Source of the DNA: a virus
Lineage: Duplodnaviria; Caudoviricetes
Direction: 5' to 3' (one strand)
IMG/VR virus record: IMGVR_UViG_3300032282_004873
Location: 1 to 54,383 of that record
Length of the DNA stretch: 54,383 nt
The notes beneath the pieces are model-generated. The model had not been told where the DNA came from. It ran no database searches and saw only the letters and a list, made by a program, of their open reading frames with translations. A program made the translations under genes and the position numbers. Positions 1 to 8,623 of this stretch are shown here, piece after piece. Every line of letters begins with the position of its first letter. Positions within the stretch are counted from its first letter, which is position 1.

Positions 1-56
1 AATATTTGATTGATGGTCCTGCTCGTTTCTGGCGTATTTTACAAGAAAACAAATGA
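1..56 (+). CDS. 3' end of an upstream gene (partial)
   Basis: Frame from position 3 reads YLIDGPARFWRILQENK then TGA at 54-56; too short to assign. Confidence 0.4.
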   Translation, partial: YLIDGPARFWRILQENK

Positions 57-104
57 TTTAAATGGGCAATAATATGTGCTACTCTGATAAATGGAGTTGA
101 AGCA

Positions 105-245
105 ATGACTATTGAACCAAAGACTAAAACAGAATTTACGCCCGATACAGATGATGTTTTTTTTATTCCCGAGCGAGAACCAAATGATCGGGAGCATTAT
201 GAACAGGATACTGAATGGCCTGACGAGGATGAATACCGTGAGTGA
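105..245 (+). CDS. small acidic hypothetical protein (46 aa), not in ORF track
   Basis: ATG at 105 with GGAG upstream; [46 protein letters not shown]; its stop overlaps the start region of the next gene (GTGAGTGA). Confidence 0.6.
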   Translation: MTIEPKTKTEFTPDTDDVFFIPEREPNDREHYEQDTEWPDEDEYRE

Positions 246-1242
246 TCGTTTTTATAAGCCTTACGTTGATATTGGCGCTCTTGACTACAAGGATATTTTC
301 CTTGTTCCTCAATATAGCGAAGTAACCTCTCGTTCTCAAGTTGACACAAGCGTATGCCTTGGTGAACTTAAGATTGATGTTCCCGTTATTTCTGCTAATA
401 TGGATACAGTAACCGGTGGTGAAATGGCTACTGCTATGCATCGTGCAGGTGCTATCGGAGCTATTCATCGTTTCATGCCGATTGATCAAAATGTAGCAGA
501 GTTCAATGCTGCAATTCCTTCATTTGTTTCTATCGGCGTAAATGAAGAAAGCAAGGTTCGTGCAAAGGCTCTATATGATGCAGGTGCCCGCTACTTTGTT
601 ATTGATATTGCCCACGGTCATTCCCGTATGATGCGTGATATGACAACTTGGCTACGAGACACTTATCCAGACGTTTTCATTATGGCTGGTAACGTTGCTA
701 CGGGTCAAGCTGTTAAGGATCTTGCCTCATGGGGCGCTAATGCTGTAAAGGTCGGTATTGGTCCCGGTAATGTTTGCACTACAAAGAATGTTACTGGTGT
801 TACCGTTCCTCAGTTTAGTGCTGTAATGGAATGTGCTAGTGTTCTACATACTATGTATGGCAATAAGCCTCTTATTGTAGCTGATGGTGGTATTTCTGAG
901 ATTGGAGATATTGCCAAGGCTCTTGGTGCCGGTGCTGATCTTGTAATGTGTGGACGTTTGTTTGCAAGTGCTCGTGAAGCTCCTGGTGAACGTGTAGGAG
1001 GTAAGAAGGTTTATCGTGGTATGGCAAGCAAGGATGCAATGCTAACCATTCGTAACGTCTCTTCTTTGCCTACTGCCGAAGGCATTTCAACATTAATTGA
1101 CGCAAGTGAGCATAGCGCAGTTGATATCGTAAATCAGATTAAGGGAGGATTGCAGAGTTCATTCTCTTATTCTAACGCTCGTAATCTCTGTGAATTCCAT
1201 TTAAATGCAAAGTTTGGAATTCGTCATACACAAATGAAGTAA
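238..1242 (+). CDS. guaC: GMP reductase / IMP dehydrogenase family protein (no CBS domains), GuaC-like
   Basis: Motifs [20 protein letters not shown], catalytic loop [27 protein letters not shown]. Likely start is GTG 238 (GAGG 9 nt upstream) or ATG 229, not TTG 112. Flap lacks the IMPDH Arg-Tyr dyad, which favours GuaC. Confidence 0.75.
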   Translation: MSDRFYKPYVDIGALDYKDIFLVPQYSEVTSRSQVDTSVCLGELKIDVPVISANMDTVTGGEMATAMHRAGAIGAIHRFMPIDQNVAEFNAAIPSFVSIGVNEESKVRAKALYDAGARYFVIDIAHGHSRMMRDMTTWLRDTYPDVFIMAGNVATGQAVKDLASWGANAVKVGIGPGNVCTTKNVTGVTVPQFSAVMECASVLHTMYGNKPLIVADGGISEIGDIAKALGAGADLVMCGRLFASAREAPGERVGGKKVYRGMASKDAMLTIRNVSSLPTAEGISTLIDASEHSAVDIVNQIKGGLQSSFSYSNARNLCEFHLNAKFGIRHTQMK

Positions 1243-1246
1243 TATA

Positions 1247-2209
1247 ATGAAGTACCAACTACCACTATTTGAAGATCCAACAACCCTTCCAACCGGAAAG
1301 CATCACGTTTCTTATTCTGAGATTTCTGACTGGATGGATTGTTCTTATCGCCATCGTCTCAAGCACGTTGAAAAGATCAGTCTTGGAAAGCCAAGTATTC
1401 ACACAGAATACGGTCAGGTAATTCACGACGTTCTTGAAAACTTTATTCTTGGTAAGCATGAGCTTAACGAGGATACAATCGCTGCTGCTACAAAGCAGTT
1501 TCGTGAGCATTGTGATAAGCTAAAGGAGGAGCATAACGTTGAAGTGTCCGATAAGGATTTCAATGATTTTGCTGCTTCTATTCCTGAGATTGTGAATGCG
1601 GTTCCAGCGTTTATGGATGAAACATTCCCAGGATGGACGGGATTTGCCGCCGAGCACGCTCTATATGAAAGTGTGGCAGGACAAACAAATAAGTGGTTTA
1701 AGGGCTACATTGATACTGTTATTCGTATGCCGAAGAATGCTCGTAAGAAGCGTGGCAGTTCCCTTCCAGATAGTGAAGGCAAGGCTGTTCCAATGCGTCT
1801 GTCTGAGTTGGTTGGTCAAGTCAAGACGGACGAAGAGAAACAAGAGTTTGGTGACGGATACGAGTTTTGGATTTTGGATTGGAAGACTACTTCATGGGGC
1901 TGGGACGCTATGAAGAAGAGAGATTTCCAAAAGCAGCTACAGCTTGTTTTCTATAAGCATTATTTCTGCCGCCTTTTCAATCTACGTCTTGATCAGGTTA
2001 AGTGTGGATTTGTCTTGCTTAAGAGGACGCCCCGCAAGAGCGATAACAGTCGTTGTGAGCTTGTTCCGGTAAGTGTAGGACCGAAGACAGAAGCCAAGGC
2101 TCTTGAGGTTTTGAACAATATGATTAATCAAGTAGCGAGTGGTAGAGCGATTAAGAACAGGGCATCTTGTAGGTTCTGCGATTATAATGGCACGGATCAT
2201 TGTACCTGA
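1247..2209 (+). CDS. PD-(D/E)XK nuclease, RecB/Cas4-like, probable Fe-S cluster
   Basis: SYSEI..W..C, G..IH..LE, KGYID, ILDWKT, QL..Y motifs; 1+3 Cys arrangement with C-terminal CRFCDYNGTDHC. Confidence 0.85.
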   Translation: MKYQLPLFEDPTTLPTGKHHVSYSEISDWMDCSYRHRLKHVEKISLGKPSIHTEYGQVIHDVLENFILGKHELNEDTIAAATKQFREHCDKLKEEHNVEVSDKDFNDFAASIPEIVNAVPAFMDETFPGWTGFAAEHALYESVAGQTNKWFKGYIDTVIRMPKNARKKRGSSLPDSEGKAVPMRLSELVGQVKTDEEKQEFGDGYEFWILDWKTTSWGWDAMKKRDFQKQLQLVFYKHYFCRLFNLRLDQVKCGFVLLKRTPRKSDNSRCELVPVSVGPKTEAKALEVLNNMINQVASGRAIKNRASCRFCDYNGTDHCT

Positions 2210-2240
2210 TATAACCAAAAAAACCGGCGTGAGATAAACT

Positions 2241-2272
2241 ATCCTGTGAGCTGTAAAGCCACAGGATTTTTT
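2241..2272 (+). terminator. intrinsic (Rho-independent) terminator
   Basis: ATCCTGTG-a-GCT-gtaa-AGC-CACAGGAT hairpin followed by a T run, just downstream of the nuclease gene. Confidence 0.8.
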
Positions 2273-2359
2273 ATGTTTATGATTTGGATGAACGCTGCTG
2301 TATTAGGGATAGCAGTTTTAATTTTTATTGGAACAATAAGGTTAGGTAAGAAAAAATGA
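2273..2359 (+). CDS. small membrane peptide (28 aa), not in ORF track
   Basis: MFMIWMNAAVLGIAVLIFIGTIRLGKKK: one hydrophobic segment plus basic tail; TGA overlaps the next ATG (ATGA, 2356-2359). Confidence 0.5.
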   Translation: MFMIWMNAAVLGIAVLIFIGTIRLGKKK

Positions 2360-2871
2360 ATATTACATTTCGTGCTCTATTAAAAGAAATTGGTCGTCCT
2401 GTTAGTGGGATAATTCATGTTGGAACAAACCTTGGAGATCAGGCGAGAATCTACTCAGATAATCATGTTCATCATGTATTATGGCTGGATAGAAATCGTG
2501 GTAATTTGTCTGAACTATATAACAAAACCAAGCAATATCCTTTAATACAGCAATATATTACCGAGGTCTTTTTAGATAAAGATATTCATAATGTTTCAAA
2601 AACGTTTGATGGTTTTCAAAGAGAAAACATTGCTCGTTTGCCAATTGAAAGATATGATACTTTGATAGTTGACGTAGATGATGGTAGTGAGATAAAGGTA
2701 CTAAAAGGGTTTGAAAATAATCTTAGTCGTACACCGTCATTTATAAGAAATATACACACAAAGGTCCGTGGTGCAGGAGATATGGATGCATATCTCTCTC
2801 GTTTTGGATTTAAGCAAACTCTAAAAAGTCTCAACGAAATAGGTTGGGGCGACGTTCTATATACAAGGTGA
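2356..2871 (+). CDS. divergent FkbM-family methyltransferase-like protein
   Basis: GIIHVGTNLGD, LIVDVDDGSEIKVLKGF and GWGDVLY resemble FkbM motifs (IHxGAxxG; IDxQGxExxVLxG) but are degenerate. Confidence 0.55.
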   Translation: MNITFRALLKEIGRPVSGIIHVGTNLGDQARIYSDNHVHHVLWLDRNRGNLSELYNKTKQYPLIQQYITEVFLDKDIHNVSKTFDGFQRENIARLPIERYDTLIVDVDDGSEIKVLKGFENNLSRTPSFIRNIHTKVRGAGDMDAYLSRFGFKQTLKSLNEIGWGDVLYTR

Positions 2872-2875
2872 TAAA

Positions 2876-3880
2876 ATGAAGATTAGCGCATATTGCACAG
2901 TCCGTAATGCAGAAGAGATGGAATATCCATACTTGGAGTCCATCCGTAGTCACTTGGCATTTGCAGATGAAGTAGTTGTTTTTGACACAAGCAATGGCAA
3001 AGATGCAACGCTTGAAAAACTAAATGCTTTAGCTGCCGAAGAACCAAAACTTAAAGTTGTTCATAGCGACAAGATTGATTGGAATGCTCCAAATCATGGT
3101 ATGTATGATGGATATACAAAAACATTGTCAAGGAAGCAATGCACAGGTGATGTTCTTTGGCAATTTGACATAGATGAAATAGTGCATGAAAATCATATTT
3201 CATTAATCAGACCGTTAGCAGAAACTTTCATGAAGCAAAATGGTTATGATTTGTTGGCACTTCCTGTGATAGATTATTGGGGACGAGATGGCAAAGCTAG
3301 ATTAGACGTAACCGTATGGAAATGGCGTTTATCTAAAAACTATTCATATATTGTCCACGGCATTCCATTACAACTCCGCAAATATGAAAACGGATTGTTA
3401 TATGCCCATCATGGCACCGATGGTTGTGATTATATTAATGCAGATACTGGGCATATCATTCCATGTGCCGGATATCTTCCTCCTGGTTTTGAACAAATGA
3501 AGCAAGCATCTATTAGAGATGAAAAGCTTGTTGCCAAGGTAGAGAAGTTTTTAAATGAAACATATAGTCAGTTGCCAGGTGTTCACCATTATTCTTGGTT
3601 TAACATAGAGCGTAAGATAAGAAACTTTAGAACGTTTTGGAACTCTTCTTGGAAGAGTTTGTATAATGAAGACAGGGACGAAAGAGGAAATCCATTCTTC
3701 CCAGGTCTTACATGGGAAGAGATTACGGACGAGATGATTAAACAGAAGGCGTTAGAGTTGGAGCAGGGAACCGGCGGTCACGTATTTCATCGTCCTTGGG
3801 ATGGAAGCAAAAATAACTCTTACGTAGTTCATATGGGTCATCCAAATATTGCAAAAGCATGGATTGAGGCAAATAAATGA
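2876..3880 (+). CDS. GT2-like (GT-A fold) glycosyltransferase
   Basis: ISAYCTVRN, ADEVVVFD..S...D.T, DxD motif WQFDIDE, late HHYSW. Confidence 0.8.
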   Translation: MKISAYCTVRNAEEMEYPYLESIRSHLAFADEVVVFDTSNGKDATLEKLNALAAEEPKLKVVHSDKIDWNAPNHGMYDGYTKTLSRKQCTGDVLWQFDIDEIVHENHISLIRPLAETFMKQNGYDLLALPVIDYWGRDGKARLDVTVWKWRLSKNYSYIVHGIPLQLRKYENGLLYAHHGTDGCDYINADTGHIIPCAGYLPPGFEQMKQASIRDEKLVAKVEKFLNETYSQLPGVHHYSWFNIERKIRNFRTFWNSSWKSLYNEDRDERGNPFFPGLTWEEITDEMIKQKALELEQGTGGHVFHRPWDGSKNNSYVVHMGHPNIAKAWIEANK

Positions 3881-4605
3881 GTAGTGAAATATTATATGTT
3901 TTAATGCCAGTTCACAATGGCTCCAAAACAATTGAAAGAGCCATTAATTCAGTATTTGATCAAAAAAACGTTGATATTGATTATCGCTTATGTGTGGTAT
4001 TAAATAACTGTACTGACAATACCGAAGATATAGTTAAATCATCCAAATGGAATGATAAGATTGATATCTTAAAGTGTAATACAAAAGGCATCGTACCGGC
4101 ATTAAACACAGGTCTATATTTCTGTTTAGGTCGTGGTGCTACTCTTATAGCAAGACAAGACGCTGATGACAAATGGCATCCAAAGAAGCTACAAACTCAA
4201 ATAGAATATTTGAGAGAGAATCCAAATGTAGATATATGTGGCACTTCATTACGATATGTAAAGCCGGATACATTTGAACCTACTCATGAAATGAAATATC
4301 CAACTGAACACGAACAATGTGTTGGATGGTTATTAAAATCACAAAATCCGATTGCCCATCCTTCTGTAGTTTTTAGAAGTAAGATATTAGAGAGATGTGG
4401 GGGTTATGATAATAGTTTGCCATTGGCTGAAGATATGAGTCTATGGTTCCGAGCTATCATTAACGGTTATCGTTTGGGTAATATTGAATATCCTTTAGTT
4501 GACTATACGTTTGTTCCAAATCCCAGATACAATCCTGCTGCTCCACAACTTTTAGCTGCAATCGGAACAAACATTTTAAAAGTATTTGGAGTGCATGAAA
4601 TATGA
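3877..4605 (+). CDS. glycosyltransferase family 2
   Basis: VLMPVHN, ALNTG, ARQDADD, HPSVVFR, AED..LW. Confidence 0.9.
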   Translation: MSSEILYVLMPVHNGSKTIERAINSVFDQKNVDIDYRLCVVLNNCTDNTEDIVKSSKWNDKIDILKCNTKGIVPALNTGLYFCLGRGATLIARQDADDKWHPKKLQTQIEYLRENPNVDICGTSLRYVKPDTFEPTHEMKYPTEHEQCVGWLLKSQNPIAHPSVVFRSKILERCGGYDNSLPLAEDMSLWFRAIINGYRLGNIEYPLVDYTFVPNPRYNPAAPQLLAAIGTNILKVFGVHEI

Positions 4606-5285
4606 TGATTGATATCATAATTCCAACATATGAATATAAAGGTCTATGTCGTGAAATGTTAGAACAATGTTTGCAGAGTATTGATATGCAAACTTATAAA
4701 AATTACAACGTTATTATCGTCGATCATTCAAAAGACGATGTGATAGAAAAATATGTTAAAAAATGGAAAATTCCAATTTCTTATCATCGTAACGAACGTG
4801 GACGTGGTAATAGTTCAATCAATATGAATGAGGGGCTTAAACTGGCGACCGGAGATTATATAAAAATATTACATATGGATGATTGGTTTTGCAATAAAGA
4901 TGCTTTAGCATTAATGAATATTGCAATTCAAAAAGAACCTGAAAAGAGTTGGGGTGGTTTTGGCTTTAATCATTTCTATGAACAAGAAAATCAAATTTCT
5001 CGCTTTATTAAACCGCACATCAATTCTGATATACGCACTCTTTTAGGCTGTCCTTCTGTTTCATTCTTTATTAACAACAAGAAAGAACCCATATATTACG
5101 ATGAAAATTTGATTATTATTAATGATTCGGATATGCATATCCGACTAGGAAAAAAATATGGCAATCCGATATTAATTGATGACATATGTGTTACAATTCG
5201 TATGCATGAAAATCAAGTTTCAAATAATGTTTCAAATCAAAAACATTTAGAAGAAATTGCTTACTATAGGAAAAAAAATTTTTAA
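4602..5285 (+). CDS. glycosyltransferase family 2
   Basis: IIIPTY, IIVDHS.DD, NMNEGL..ATGDYIKILHMDD, G.PS, D.D motifs. Confidence 0.85.
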   Translation: MMIDIIIPTYEYKGLCREMLEQCLQSIDMQTYKNYNVIIVDHSKDDVIEKYVKKWKIPISYHRNERGRGNSSINMNEGLKLATGDYIKILHMDDWFCNKDALALMNIAIQKEPEKSWGGFGFNHFYEQENQISRFIKPHINSDIRTLLGCPSVSFFINNKKEPIYYDENLIIINDSDMHIRLGKKYGNPILIDDICVTIRMHENQVSNNVSNQKHLEEIAYYRKKNF

Positions 5286-5297
5286 GGTGAAAATACA

Positions 5298-5999
5298 ATG
5301 GAAATACAATTAGATGAATTAACCAAATTAGCAAACTTGTATGCATCAGACAAGGGTACAATTGCTCCTTCTACTGGGCATCATGGACCTCGTTTACATT
5401 TTACTCCTGTATACTCAAAATATTTTGAGCATCTAAGAAATGAAAAAATTACTATATTAGAAATTGGCGTTGGAAGCGGACCATCATTGAAAATGTGGTA
5501 TGAATATTTTCCAAATAGCTCAATTCATGCTATTGATGTAGTTCCACAGAAACAACACGAGAATGAACGTGTTAAAACACATATATGCGATCAGTCAGAT
5601 CGTTTTTCGCTAATGAAAGTAATGGAAAATATAGAGCCACCAGATATCATAATAGATGATGGTAGTCATGTTGTTACACATCAACAAATTAGTTTAGGTT
5701 TTTTATTTCAATGCCTAAAAGAAGGTGGACAATATTGGATTGAAGATTTACACACATCAGATCGAACAGTTTGGAATGGTAAAACGTTGTATGGCTATGA
5801 TATGACTGTAAAAGAAAATCATTCAACCGTTGAAGTGATAGAAAAATATATTGACAGTAAAACGTTTGATAGTCCATATATGTTAAAAAAAGAAAACGTT
5901 TACATAACTGACAATTGTGTTGAGTGTAAATTGTTTGATTTGCCACCAACTAGTTGGGGGTTTAATAAAATAGCTTATTTTAAAAAGGGAAAGAAATGA
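5298..5999 (+). CDS. class I SAM-dependent O-methyltransferase (MycE/TylE-like)
   Basis: SDKG, ILEIGVGSG.SLKMW..YFP, DQSD, DIIIDDGSH, GG.YWIEDL. Confidence 0.8.
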   Translation: MEIQLDELTKLANLYASDKGTIAPSTGHHGPRLHFTPVYSKYFEHLRNEKITILEIGVGSGPSLKMWYEYFPNSSIHAIDVVPQKQHENERVKTHICDQSDRFSLMKVMENIEPPDIIIDDGSHVVTHQQISLGFLFQCLKEGGQYWIEDLHTSDRTVWNGKTLYGYDMTVKENHSTVEVIEKYIDSKTFDSPYMLKKENVYITDNCVECKLFDLPPTSWGFNKIAYFKKGKK

Positions 6000-6064
6000 T
6001 TAATATGTCTCATTACTATTTTGGAACTATTCGAACGTTTTTCGAAATGGTGGAAAAAATATGA
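5996..6064 (+). CDS. 22-aa mini-ORF or gene remnant bridging two genes
   Basis: MINMSHYYFGTIRTFFEMVEKI; ATGA overlap with the upstream stop (5996-5999) and with the downstream start (6061-6064). Confidence 0.35.
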   Translation: MINMSHYYFGTIRTFFEMVEKI

Positions 6065-7098
6065 AAATATTAGTCACAGGTGGCGCAGGTTTTATTGGTA
6101 GTGCTCTGATAAAGAGAATGAGTGAATACGGCTGGTCTATTGATGTAATAGATAATTTATCAAAACAAGTGCATGGAAACTCGCCAGAAACCAACTCTGA
6201 AACGTTTAAAAAAATTAAAAATATTTCTAATGTTATTATTGGCGATGCTAGTGATGTTAAAAGTTATGAAAGTATTTTTGATAAAGAGTATGATTCAATT
6301 ATATGTTTAGCGGCAGAAACTGGGACTGGTCAATCCATGTATCAGGCAAAAAATTATTGCCAATCAAATATAAGCTCAATTGCTTTATTAAATGATTTGA
6401 TAGTGCAAAAAAAGATAATAACAAAAAAAATAATATTAGCGTCTAGTCGAGCAGTTTATGGCGAAGCAACATTGGATAAAAATAAAAATCCATACCCATC
6501 GTCAGAAGATGATAAGCTTGATCCTAAATCAATATATGCTATAACTAAGTTGACACAAGAACAATTGATATTAACAGGATTTCCGGATATATCAGCATTA
6601 ATATTTAGATTTCAAAACGTTTATGGGCCAGGACAAAGTTTAATTAATCCTTATACCGGTATTTTATCAATATTTTCTACGGCATTATTAAATGATAAAG
6701 ACATATACATATTTGAAGATGGATTAATGACAAGGGATTTTGTGTATATTGATGACATAGTAGATGGACTAATATTAGGTATACAATATGAAACTGAACA
6801 AAAGCTTACATTCAATTTAGGCTCCGGAGAAAAAACAACAGTTTTACAAGTTGCAAATACTCTCAAAAGGCTATATCAAAAAGATACACGTATTATCATA
6901 ACTGGCGAAAAAAGAATTGGAGACATAAGACACAATTACGCAGATCTAAAAAAGGCAAATCAAATAGGATATGTGCCTAAAGTTACATTCGCAAATGGAA
7001 TCTGCAAGTTTGCCGAGTGGGTTTTGTCTCAGAATATTAATAAATCCATGTATGAAGAAAGCATACAAGAATTACGAAAAAGTAAGCTATTAAAATGA
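6061..7098 (+). CDS. NAD-dependent nucleotide-sugar epimerase/dehydratase (dTDP-L-rhamnose 4-epimerase WbiB-like)
   Basis: TGGAGFIG, LAAETGTGQSMY, SSRAVYG, YAITK (YxxxK), R.QNVYGPGQSL.NPYTGIL, RDFVYIDD. Confidence 0.85.
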   Translation: MKILVTGGAGFIGSALIKRMSEYGWSIDVIDNLSKQVHGNSPETNSETFKKIKNISNVIIGDASDVKSYESIFDKEYDSIICLAAETGTGQSMYQAKNYCQSNISSIALLNDLIVQKKIITKKIILASSRAVYGEATLDKNKNPYPSSEDDKLDPKSIYAITKLTQEQLILTGFPDISALIFRFQNVYGPGQSLINPYTGILSIFSTALLNDKDIYIFEDGLMTRDFVYIDDIVDGLILGIQYETEQKLTFNLGSGEKTTVLQVANTLKRLYQKDTRIIITGEKRIGDIRHNYADLKKANQIGYVPKVTFANGICKFAEWVLSQNINKSMYEESIQELRKSKLLK

Positions 7099-7127
7099 AA
7101 ATAGATTTTTGAGAAAGGTTAAATATT

Positions 7128-7814
7128 ATGAATTATTATGGTGACATTGTTGCTTCAAATGCAAACTTAGGATTCATGTTTGATGAAAATTTTGTTTCGG
7201 CATATAAGAATTGTGTTGAAGCTGATAGAGGTCGTTTATTGTTAAATGGATATGATATACGATGGAGAATACATACATTATTATTTGCAGCCAAATTAGC
7301 AACTAATCTAGATGGAGATTTTGTTGATTGCGGCTGTGGTTTTGGATTGTTTGCATCGGCAATATTGAGTTACATTAATTTGCAAAACACGAACAAAAAA
7401 TATTATATGTTCGACACCTTTGAAGGACTTTCTGAAAAGTATAGTACATCTGACGAAATGATAAGAAATACGTTAATTTATAAAACTATTCCTTCATATT
7501 ATGATGAAGTAGTTGAACGTTTTAAAAACAAAGAATATGTTCGGATTGTAAAAGGAGCAGTACCGGAATCTTTAGCTGAAGTCAATATTGATAAAGTAGC
7601 TTTTTTAAGCATTGATATGAACTGTGTAATACCTGAAGAAAAAGCTTTGGAGCATTTTTGGCCTCGTTTAGTTAGTGGTGGAGTTATAGTATTTGATGAT
7701 TATGGATTTCCAAAGCACGAAGAACAAAAGAAAGCTCATGATTCATTTGCAGCAAAACATAATTTGGTAATATACACGTCTCCTACTGGTCAAGGAATTT
7801 TAATTAAGCCATGA
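7128..7814 (+). CDS. TylF/MycF-family sugar O-methyltransferase
   Basis: GDFVDCG...G, FDTFEG, VKG.VPE, FLSIDMN, GG.IVFDDYG, PTGQG. Confidence 0.85.
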   Translation: MNYYGDIVASNANLGFMFDENFVSAYKNCVEADRGRLLLNGYDIRWRIHTLLFAAKLATNLDGDFVDCGCGFGLFASAILSYINLQNTNKKYYMFDTFEGLSEKYSTSDEMIRNTLIYKTIPSYYDEVVERFKNKEYVRIVKGAVPESLAEVNIDKVAFLSIDMNCVIPEEKALEHFWPRLVSGGVIVFDDYGFPKHEEQKKAHDSFAAKHNLVIYTSPTGQGILIKP

Positions 7815-8623
7815 GTTCACACCTAAACATAGATATAAAATGTGATTTTATATCTTTTGACTTGTACCATGAAAAGAAGCTTGAATTGTATGTGAATCAA
7901 ATACCAACGGCTGCTCCAGAGCAAAATACATTAAGATTTGTCTATATTATTGAACCATATCAAATATGTGACTTAAGATATCAGGCTTTAGCTAGCTACA
8001 AAAAAACATATGATTTTCTTTTGACGCATGATGAAACTCTATTAAAGAAAGTTGACGGTTCATACCTAATGGAATTTGGTTCCTGTTGGATTAGAGATTT
8101 TCAGCACGAAGATAAAGAATATTCTGTTTCTTTCCTCTGTGGTGGCAAAACAATAACGTCTGGGCATAACCTCAGACACGAGATATGGAACTCTTCTCAG
8201 CTAATCAATATCCCTAAAAACTTTTTTATATCCGGCAATTATTCCGGTGGCTTACATAACTCATATGGATATCCGAGACTAGGAAATAAAAAGCATCAAT
8301 TATTTCAGAGTATGTTTCATATATGCATAGAAAATGTAAAAAACAATAACTTCTTTACTGAAAAGTTGATTGATTGTTTGTACGCAAAAACCGTCCCAAT
8401 ATATTACGGCTGTCCTAATATTGGAGATTGGTTTGATACACGTGGTTTTATTATCGTTGACAATGTTAATGATGTTGTTGAGGCAACCAACAACCTGACG
8501 ATTGATACGTATATGCAAAAGCTTGAATATGTCAACAGCAATTATTTGGCTTGTTTAAAATTTGCCGATTTCAATCAACACGTTAAAAATAAAATAGAGA
8601 GTATATTAAGCTTGTTTCCATGA
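7811..8623 (+). CDS. GT10-like (alpha-1,3-fucosyltransferase motif) glycosyltransferase
   Basis: MFHICIEN....NFFTEKLIDC....TVPIYYG matches the GT10 signature (F...FEN....Y.TEK......VPIY.G). Confidence 0.7.
   Translation: MSSHLNIDIKCDFISFDLYHEKKLELYVNQIPTAAPEQNTLRFVYIIEPYQICDLRYQALASYKKTYDFLLTHDETLLKKVDGSYLMEFGSCWIRDFQHEDKEYSVSFLCGGKTITSGHNLRHEIWNSSQLINIPKNFFISGNYSGGLHNSYGYPRLGNKKHQLFQSMFHICIENVKNNNFFTEKLIDCLYAKTVPIYYGCPNIGDWFDTRGFIIVDNVNDVVEATNNLTIDTYMQKLEYVNSNYLACLKFADFNQHVKNKIESILSLFP

Noticed and set aside
112-237. N-terminal extension of the GuaC-like ORF from TTG 112
   Set aside because: Family similarity starts near residue 43, and the region is better explained by the 105..245 ORF in another frame.
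1247-2272. CRISPR-Cas locus suggested by the Cas4-like gene
   Set aside because: No repeat-spacer array and no other cas genes seen; intergenic gaps are too short for an array.
6407-6430. A7/A8 homopolymers in the epimerase gene as phase-variation tracts
   Set aside because: Runs this short are expected in AT-rich Lys codons, and the frame is intact.
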